Assembly (NCBI RefSeq): GCF_009914755.1
Contig: NC_060926.1
Source: the human T2T-CHM13v2.0 reference genome, Homo sapiens
Reading direction: 5' to 3' (one strand)
DNA: 64,000 nt
In this document: positions 55,886 through 64,000 of the stretch, piece after piece
Numbering within the stretch: the stretch's first letter is position 1
Layout of the letters: every line of letters begins with the position of its first letter
Notes under the pieces: generated by a model
The model's input: the letters and a program-made list of their open reading frames with translations, nothing else
Databases searched by the model: none
Told to the model about the DNA's origin: nothing
Position numbers and translations under genes: made by a program

Positions 55886-56149
55886 AATAACTGAAATGTT
55901 CATTACTGCAATATAGGTTCACTGTGAAGGCAGATATGATGGTTGATTAGACTAGAATAAAAACAAAGGTATTTGATTTGCATGGACACTGGAATTATGA
56001 CTGTGGCCTGATAAATTACCTTCATATTTTATAATAAAACATTTCTCTAGCAAAAGAAATACTTGTGTCTGCCTGAAATAAGTACCATAGAACAAATACT
56101 ATATATCTGTTTTATTTGTCTACCACATTATAGAATCAGTGTATAAGTT

Positions 56150-57150
56150 ACGGTAGGGTAGTTTCTAAAATGATAACGAACAAACCTAAAATCTCAGTTG
56201 ACTAATACAGTGGTCTTTTTCCCATTAATGCTACATGGCCACCTCTGCTTGGCAGAGGGTTCAGCTCATCAAAAAAAACTCACAGAACTAGTTTTATGGA
56301 GAGTTCATTAGCCATTCTTCTAGGATTGCAGAAACAGAAAAAAAAGGGGCTTCACAAAGCATTCACTTACTCTTAGACTCTGCTCTGAAACTGTATCACC
56401 TTCTACCTGGAGTAAACTGAACTGCAAACACTGAGGGCAAAGTCCGCAAGAGATGTCCTACTTCTGACACCAAGACACGCAAGTTTAAGGCGTTTCTGAA
56501 ACCATCCTCAGTTTCAATAATTTGCTGGAAGTACTCAGAAAATTTGCTGAGAGCTAGTCTGCTCATAGTTATGGTACATTACAGGGAAAAGGATACCAAA
56601 TAGGACCCACCAAAGGAAGAGTTGCATGGGGCAGAGTCAAAGAAGTTTCCAAACTTAAAGCTTCCATTGTCCTCAGGACACATTACCTTCCCAGCATCTA
56701 TGAGTGACAATATGCATAGAGTATTGCCAACCCAAGAACCTCACCCAGACTTTGGTGTACAGAGTTTTTATTGGAACCTCACTGAACAGGCATGATTGAT
56801 TAATTGTCCATGTGGTTAAACTGTTTCTAGCACCGCACCTCACTCCAAGAAGGTCAGTCTCACACCCGATGCATGGTCTGAGAGGCCTCTATCATGATTT
56901 ACCTTGTTAGCATAAAATATTCTGTGGGGTTCAAGGGGCTCATCATAAATAATAAAGATACTTGAAATCACAGAGGAAATTGTAAATATTTAGACATTAT
57001 TCCCTAGAAGCCAGGGAAACGGCCAGATATCTCTTTGGGCAAAGGCAAATTCTTTACTACGCATTTTCACTCACATTTTATTGGCAGGCTCATACTTGAG
57101 CTCAACATGGAAGAAAAATATAACTTTCTTACAGGAAGGGGATACATTTT
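56150..57150 (-). mobile_element. MLT1-type LTR split by a MER21 insertion
   Basis: ataacgaacaaacctaaaatctcagttgact before MER21; cattttcactcacattttattggc after it. Confidence 0.55.
56393..57061 (-). mobile_element. MER21-type LTR
   Basis: cttctgacacc, aaaccatcctcagtttcaataatttgctggaagtactcaga, atggggcagagtc, ttggtgtacagagtttttattgg, aaattctttactac. Confidence 0.8.
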
Positions 57151-57459
57151 GAATAGTAATAATGCAGACTATCACTTTAATAATATAACCATTTTTTAGT
57201 TAACGTCTTTTTTATTAGTAACATTTTGATATAACTTAATTTACAAGTCCTGTGGATGTAGTTTAATTGCTTTGATTACTGGACAATTCCAGATTTCTTC
57301 ACTGCTGATATCTGTCCCATTGGTTTGAGTGGTATATTCTGCAAATGGATAACATCATATAGTATCCTTAATTATTACTTGTCTATTTTTATTATTACTA
57401 TTTATTTTTAGGATTTCTAACTAAAATGCGCATCACCTTTTGCTCACTTAGTCCATCAT

Positions 57460-57580
57460 TAATTTAATTAAGAAATATTTATTAATGATCATCCTAAAAG
57501 GTATTCTGAGCACAGGGCTTCAGCCATGAATAAGACAGACATAGCATTGATCTTCTTAGAATTTATGGTCTATCAACTTT
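57460..57580 (-). mobile_element. L2 3' end
   Basis: aaatatttattaatg...cagccatgaataagacagac...tagaatttatggtcta. Confidence 0.6.
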
Positions 57581-57679
57581 AAATTCTCTGTGACAAAAAG
57601 ACACGGATATGGCCAAATAATATTGAAGGGATGAAATAATTAGCAAATTAACATTGGCAACCATTATAATAATTTATTA

Positions 57680-58730
57680 AGGTAAACATTAATGAATGTT
57701 AAAACAATTGAGTAAAAATTAGATGTGAAGTAAGATATGTACATATCCTCAAAGTATATCTCCACAACATATTTGTTAATTACAAATGGAAAAATAATAA
57801 TAATGGAAAAATATGACAGATACAACCTTAACCAAGTATGGTTAACATTATAAGTAATGTGATAAATAGCATCATGTGGCTTATGAGAGGATGCACTAAA
57901 GACCAACATCACTTCTTTCATATTGCTACCGACGTTTATAATTTGTGCCTAGCTATGAGAAAATATCAGACAAAACCAAATTGAGGGCATTCTTTACAAT
58001 AAATAGCCTAATCCCCTAAAAAATGAAAAAGTTAAAATGTCAAAGAGAGATAGAGCCACATTTGGAAGAGCAGAAAAAGGACCTTCAAAAATATGCTCTT
58101 CCATAAAATAAATAAGATGAATGAAAAAAAAATGTGAAAGTAATATTTTAGAACTCTGTAAATTAAACAAAGGCTTGCAACAATATGCAGAGTTTTTATT
58201 TTAAAAAAGATAGATGAATCACAAACTGACATTTTAACTTGCCATATTCTCACCCTTCTATTTCCAATTTTTGGTAGCCTTAAATTCTTGCAATCACAAC
58301 AGTCATGAAACTAGCAGTCTAAAAGCTACTGGAAGAGGCAGAATTGTTCCTCAAAAGCCCAGTTCAGAGAAGTGTCATTATTTAACCTGTGTGGCAGTTT
58401 CCCAGAACCCTCACTTGCAGAGCCTGCCTTTGCTTGAGCTGACTTAGAATTTGCTCACTGCAAACAACCTTTTTTTCCCAGCATTAAAAAACCAAACCAA
58501 AACAAAAAACAATCAACAAGCATTGTTAAACATTGTAGCTGCCAGAGGAGATAATAACAGTTGGGGCTATCAGAAAGTTGACAAAGCACTTAAAAGAGAA
58601 AAAAATGTGGAATGAGATGTTCATAGGAGACTTTGAAAAACACCTGCATATTCCTGAGTATCTAGAAAGCTATGTGCATGTGCAAGCCTGTAGTTATGCC
58701 CAGGTAACACCTGAGAAGGTTCTAGTCTGA
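57680..58730 (+). mobile_element. L1M fragments (3'UTR-type 57680-58050; 5'-region-type 58050-58730)
   Basis: aattacaaatggaaaaat...accttaaccaagt...atcagacaaaaccaaattgagggcatt, then agaactctgtaaattaaacaaaggcttgcaacaa...gagatgttcataggagactttgaaaa. Confidence 0.65.
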
Positions 58731-58828
58731 AGAAGATCAACTATATTGCAGATCTCATATTTTCCTCTTTCTTAGATTTCATTTTCATTTCCTAGAAATA
58801 TTTTAATTTTTTAAAGAAAGAGTAGATG

Positions 58829-59125
58829 GGCCAGGCATGGTGGCTCAAACCTGTAATCCCAGCACTTTGGGTGGCCGAGGTGGGTGGATCACTTGAGCTC
58901 AGGATTGGAGACCAGCCTGAGTAACGTAGCGAAACCCCTTTTCTATAAAAAATACAAAAATTATCCAGGCATGGTGGTACACACCTGTAATCCCAGCTAC
59001 TCAGGAGGCTAAGGTGGGAGGATCTGTTGAGCCTAGGAGATCAAGGCTGCAGTGAGCTGTGATCATGCCACTGCACTCCAGCCTGGGTGACAGAATGAGA
59101 CTTGTCACACACACACAAAAAAAAA
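58829..59125 (+). mobile_element. AluJ(b)
   Basis: ggatcacttgagctcagga...gaggatctgttgagcctaggagatcaaggctgcagtgagctgtgatc, flanked by gtagatg on both sides. Confidence 0.93.
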
Positions 59126-59201
59126 TGTAGATGAGTGGTAAATTTCTGGGCCATGCCTATCTGGAAATTAAAAAAAAATGTCCTTTATTTCAGTGTATCC
59201 T

Positions 59202-59411
59202 CACTGGCATGCTGAAACTGGCTTACATCACCTCACAAATGCTAACTTTATTTAGCATTTCTTCCCAATTCTGTGAGCTCATGTTAGCAGTTTGACCAGA
59301 GTGAAAGTATTTACTCTGTGAAAATCATCAAATCACGTTGGCATTTTTCTTTCTTTCTTTCTTTCTTTTTTTTTAAGAGCTAATTGTTAAACTGTTACCA
59401 GGATACCACTC
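59202..59411 (+). mobile_element. MER63-like hAT DNA transposon remnant
   Basis: Termini cactggcatgctg and ccaggataccact (degenerate TIRs); internal tcttcccaa, agtatttac, ttgttaaac motifs. Confidence 0.6.
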
Positions 59412-60145
59412 CACCTACCAACTTGGGTATAGAATTTTACATTCAAAATTACTTTCAGTATATACTTCAGAAGCCTCGGGAAATATTCTTCTATTGGTCA
59501 CTTAAATTTTTTCTTTTCCCCTATACTTTTTCTTTTTTCTTTGGAATGCCTTTGAGTACAGTTTATTTATTTCATGGAATGTCAGCTCCATGAAGGCAAG
59601 GCCTCTCTCCTATTCACTACCTTAAAAAATCCGTGAGGATATTATGTGACACATAGTGGGTTCTGAGTGTATATTTGATTAATGGCTGTATCAAATGTTG
59701 TGGGAAACCTCCTAGATTAAGCCTCTTTACATATTACACAAGTGTTCAATCTCTTTAATGTTTTACTCTAAGATGAGGTTTTAAGTAAATTCTACTCTTT
59801 CTATTATTATTATTACTTTGCATTTAAAAATTAAATTGTATTTATTTATTACTCATTGGTAAAACATATGCTATAAAATTCAAAGGGCACAGAAGAGGAT
59901 AGTGAAAAAAAGGTCATGCTCCTGTCCCTCAGCCATCCAGTTCCCCTCCCCAATCTCTTGTGTGTCCTTCAGACACATGCTATGCTTACATGAGCAGATA
60001 CATACACATATTTAAATTTTCAATAAAAAATGGAGGCATAGTGTACTTTGTTCTTTGCTTGTTTTTTTTTTAACAAAATTGATGTATTTTGAATACCAAC
60101 CCTTATCAGTGCACAACAGAGTTGCCTCCTTTTTTAAAAAAAAAA

Positions 60146-60459
60146 ATATTTATTTCAATAGATTTTTGGAGAACAGGTGATGTTTGGTTGCATGATTAAG
60201 TTCTTTGGTGGTGATTTCTCAGATTTTGGTGCACCCATCAGCTGAGCATTATATACGGTAGACAATGTGTAGTCTTTCAATCCTCAGCCCTCTCCCACAC
60301 TTTCCCCTGAATCCCTATTTCCCCGGAGTGAGAATGTACACTGTTTGGTTTTCCATTCATGAGTAACTTCACTTAGAATAATGGTTTCCAATTTTATCCA
60401 GGTTGCTGTGAATGCCATTATTTTGTTTCTTTTTATGACTGAGTAGTATTCCATGGTGT

Positions 60460-60507
<48 letters not shown>

Positions 60508-60905
60508 TACACACTGTAGGCACTATGGAATGTATATACACACACACACACACATACACATACATACATGTATATATACACATACATATATATACCACAT
60601 TTTCTTTATCTATTTGTTGATTGATGGGCATTTGTGCTGGTTCCATATTTTTGCAGTTGTGAATTCTGATGCTATACAAATGCGTGTGGAAGTATCTTTT
60701 CTGTATAATGACTTATTTTCCTCTGGGTAGATGCCTAGTAGTGGGATTGCTGGATCAAATGGTAGATCTGCCTTTAGTTATTTAAGGAGTCTCTACACTA
60801 TTTTCCATAGTTGTTGTACTAGTTTACATTTCCACCAACAGTGTAAAAGTTTTCCCTTTTCTCCACATCCATGCCAACATCTATTTATTTTTATTTTTTT
60901 GATTA
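60146..60905 (-). mobile_element. L1PB-type LINE-1 3' end
   Basis: tttatttcaatagatttttggagaacaggtg...ttttggtgcacccatca...gtagtgggattgctggatcaaatggtagatct. Confidence 0.9.
60460..60507. repeat. (GATA)12 tetranucleotide STR inside L1PB
   Basis: Direct count of 12 uninterrupted units. Confidence 0.95.
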
Positions 60906-61319
60906 TCATTATTTCAGCAGTCAGTTCTGTTTCAGGAGCTATTTCTTATTCTCTGACTGCTCCTTTTTCACAGTAGTATGTTTTTGTATTATGATGCAAT
61001 GTCATCTCAATTCCCCTTAAGAGCGCCTTTGGAATCCTTGTAGTGTCCCTTTTCCTTCTTTTAATTTTCTCTGCTTCATCTGATGTTAGTGTTTCCATTT
61101 CTTCACCTTAGTCCCTTTTTTTCCATACTGCTGGTTTTCCCTGGGTCTTATGATTCTTTCGTAGTTGGTTTTTATTTATAAATAAATAACTCATTTGATT
61201 AATATAGGTAATTCTCATAGGTTTCTTTTGTTATCATTGGCCCTACATCTTATTTAAGAGGACTGAGCACAAAGTTTGTGTGTGTGGATAAAATGCATTA
61301 ACAGAAATATTTAATTTTT

Positions 61320-61565
61320 TAAAATTTTATATTATTAATGTTTGTGTGTACATAGTAGGTATATGTATTTATGGGTTACATGAGGTATTCTGATACAAGC
61401 ATGCAATGCCTAATAATCACATCAGAGTAAACCATCACCTCAAGCACTTATCTTTTGTGCTTGAGCATATACTCTTTTAGTTATTTTTAAATGTACAATT
61501 AAATTTCTTTGATTATAGTTACTTTGTTATGCTAACAACAATTCTTTCTTTTTTTTTTGTATCCA
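61320..61565 (-). mobile_element. L1MA-type 3' end
   Basis: gtacatagtaggtatatgtatttatgggttacatgag...gcatgcaatgcctaataatcacatc...ccatcacctcaagca. Confidence 0.85.
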
Positions 61566-64000
61566 TAGGATCATTCATTGTACTTTAGCAGAAAAGAGAC
61601 TTGCCCCATCTCACTCTATACTAAATATCAGTACTAAGATGTCTCACTCAAGAATCTACATTGTATTCTGGGATATATACATATTTAAAAATTAGCTATC
61701 CTTTCTTTATTGATAGGTTTCATTCCAGATGTTTTTGCAGAAACTCTGCAAAAACCTGGTCCTGTGGCATTTTTTTGTCCTCTTCTTCTTATGGCTTTTA
61801 CCTTGGAAATTTTAAAATATTTTTTTCACTCCTATACTTTTTTGTACTCATTTCAATGGGTCTTAATGAGAGAAGGTAGTTAAAATGTACACTTCACTCT
61901 CTGTCTTGAATCATAGCATTGGCTTGCATCTTAATACCTTCCTCAACAATAATTTACATTCTGGCTATTGGAAAGTTTTTTAACTTCAAGGAAATAGATC
62001 CCTAATATGATGTTAGACATTTGTGAGAAAGAGAATTTGCATTATCAAATTTGCAGCAAATAGTATTGTGTTTATATTCTGGAATGTATCTGTAAGTGGA
62101 AATAGCACATCTTATCTTAACTTAATAGCTTCTTGAGAAAATTGGGATGTAAGAGAATAGTTTGGCAGCAGTGGATCTCATACTTAAAGAAACCTACTTA
62201 ATACCAATATTCTATATAGTTTACTTATACCTATGACACCGAGCTCTCACACTGAAAAATAAAGGAATAGGCACATTTTGAACATAGTATATTAGTCTTA
62301 ACTATAGAAAAACAAAGCTGTTTCCTTTGGAAACATTTTAACTCATAGATTTTTAAGTAACTATAATTGCTTTGTGAGTTATGACAAGATAAAACTTAAC
62401 TAAAATCTCTAAATTATATCTGCTTGTTTATTGTGATTAGACACAAGAAGGGGTTATTGGCTGTTAAAATTCTTTATTGGCCCTTCTTCTAGAGTTCCTG
62501 GAACTTTTCTTCTATTAATAAATACTCTTAGCTCCAATGTAACTATGACAAATGATCATTGGCATATCTGTCTGTTTCCAGTAATTGAACAGGCAGTTTA
62601 TAACTCCACATACTATAGATTGGTTGTGCGATAACAATCTAATTATATTAATACCATTCATTTATATTACCATCTTTTGATTGTGATGACTTCTTGGCTT
62701 CTGGCAAATATGTAAGCAATTACTTAATCCACACAGTACAAATACAATAGTCTTCTAGATTGCTGCCACAATCAACATGTTCAGAACATAAGGAATTTTA
62801 AATCTGTCTTCAAGAGAACTGAATTTCTAAAGCTTTGATTCCAAAAAAGTGGTTATTTGGATCACACTACTAAAGTGATCAATCTGAACCAGTTACCATT
62901 ATTGAGTTCAGAGTCTGTTTTTCACTTACAAAATGAAGAGATTATATTAAATATTATTTTGTGTACCTTTTAGCTTTAAAATTCTATGACTAGGATTCAA
63001 AGATGGTAACACATACAATAATAATATCCTTATATATTAACACATAATGTGCAAACACAAGAATATTTAAATTTGAATATTTAAATTTGGCCTTACATGA
63101 GTTTAAAATTGAGAAAACACTTATTGCTAAACTTTTACTCTTGAAAACTGTTAAATTGATATATAAATATAAAACTTTCTTAAAATCTTTCTTCAATTTT
63201 GGCAAAAATTTGATTATTTTTCAATATATTACTATGTAGCATATTATATGCCAGAAAATGATTAATAAAACTTGAAATCAGCTAGTAATTTCATTAAGTT
63301 AAGTGAAATGGGAAATCAGTGGCACAAAAGGTGAAAAGTAAATGCCTCTTTCATGTTCTCATTTAACTCATAAATAATGCAATTAGAGCTTTGTCTTAAA
63401 TGTTTATTGAGACCATGCTCTTTCATTGAGAACTTTCAGACTTTGCTGTCCTAGTGCTTAAATGTACAATTTCATTAATATAGTTTTGGCATGAGTAATA
63501 AAATATAAATGTTTTACAGAATCCAAGCTCTAAGAAGGAACTGTGAAACAGTTCCTGTGTTTCTTAAAGTATTTCCCTCCAAATTAATTTAAATTGGCTC
63601 TGGAATGAGCACTGAAAATTTGCTTAAGGACCATAAGAGAAAGGTAATTATAAATGGCAGAGCATCTGACTTAGGGGAGCTATCTGGTGGGGTGCTTGGT
63701 GTTCATCCAAGTTTTCTCTAACAACTTTATTAATTATCTGGAAGAAGAAATAAACAGCATGCTAATTAAATTTGCAGCTGATAATAATTGGGAAATGTTG
63801 CCAACTCCAATGCAAAAAAAAAGAGAGAGAGACAGGGAGAAAGAAATGAAATAATGTAGGATGGGGTTGATCTTGATATATGGTCAGAAATATTTAAAAA
63901 ACAAGAATGAAATGACAAATATAATAGAGAAAAAGAATAGAATGAAGAATCTTAATCATAAATCCATGAAAATAATACATTAACACTTTTAAAGATTTAT

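Noticed and set aside
60284-60679. 131-aa ORF, and similar ORFs at 34798-36505 and 5243-6587
   Set aside because: Degenerate L1 ORF2 C-terminus/3'UTR read through microsatellites; no intact L1 ORF.

Overview
AT-rich, CpG-depleted primate (most likely human) genomic DNA, intronic or intergenic. I recognise no protein-coding exon, processed pseudogene, tRNA, rRNA, snRNA or miRNA, and there is no CpG island. The short ORFs in the track are Alu-, L1- or LTR-derived or look like chance ORFs. The window is a mosaic of interspersed repeats (AluJ/S/Y, old L1M and L1PB, L2, MIR, MaLR/ERV LTRs, hAT DNA transposon remnants) plus microsatellites. Repeat families were assigned by eye from recalled consensus sequences, so subfamily names and most boundaries are approximate. 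The most interesting signals are: (1) a ~250 bp unique segment at 14.7-15.0 kb with a perfect DR5 retinoic-acid-response element and several other nuclear-receptor half-site arrangements; (2) a juxtaposed 3'/5' splice motif at 13,643 resembling a recursive splice site; (3) two co-oriented CTCF-like motifs; (4) a STAT/ETS/AP-1 motif cluster at 27.1-27.5 kb; (5) readable rearrangement and insertion fossils, namely a templated 32-bp copy at a truncated LTR, a twin-priming-type inverted L1, a nested Alu stack and a two-LTR MaLR provirus. I cannot name the locus or gene, and I see no evidence of a novel protein-based system.
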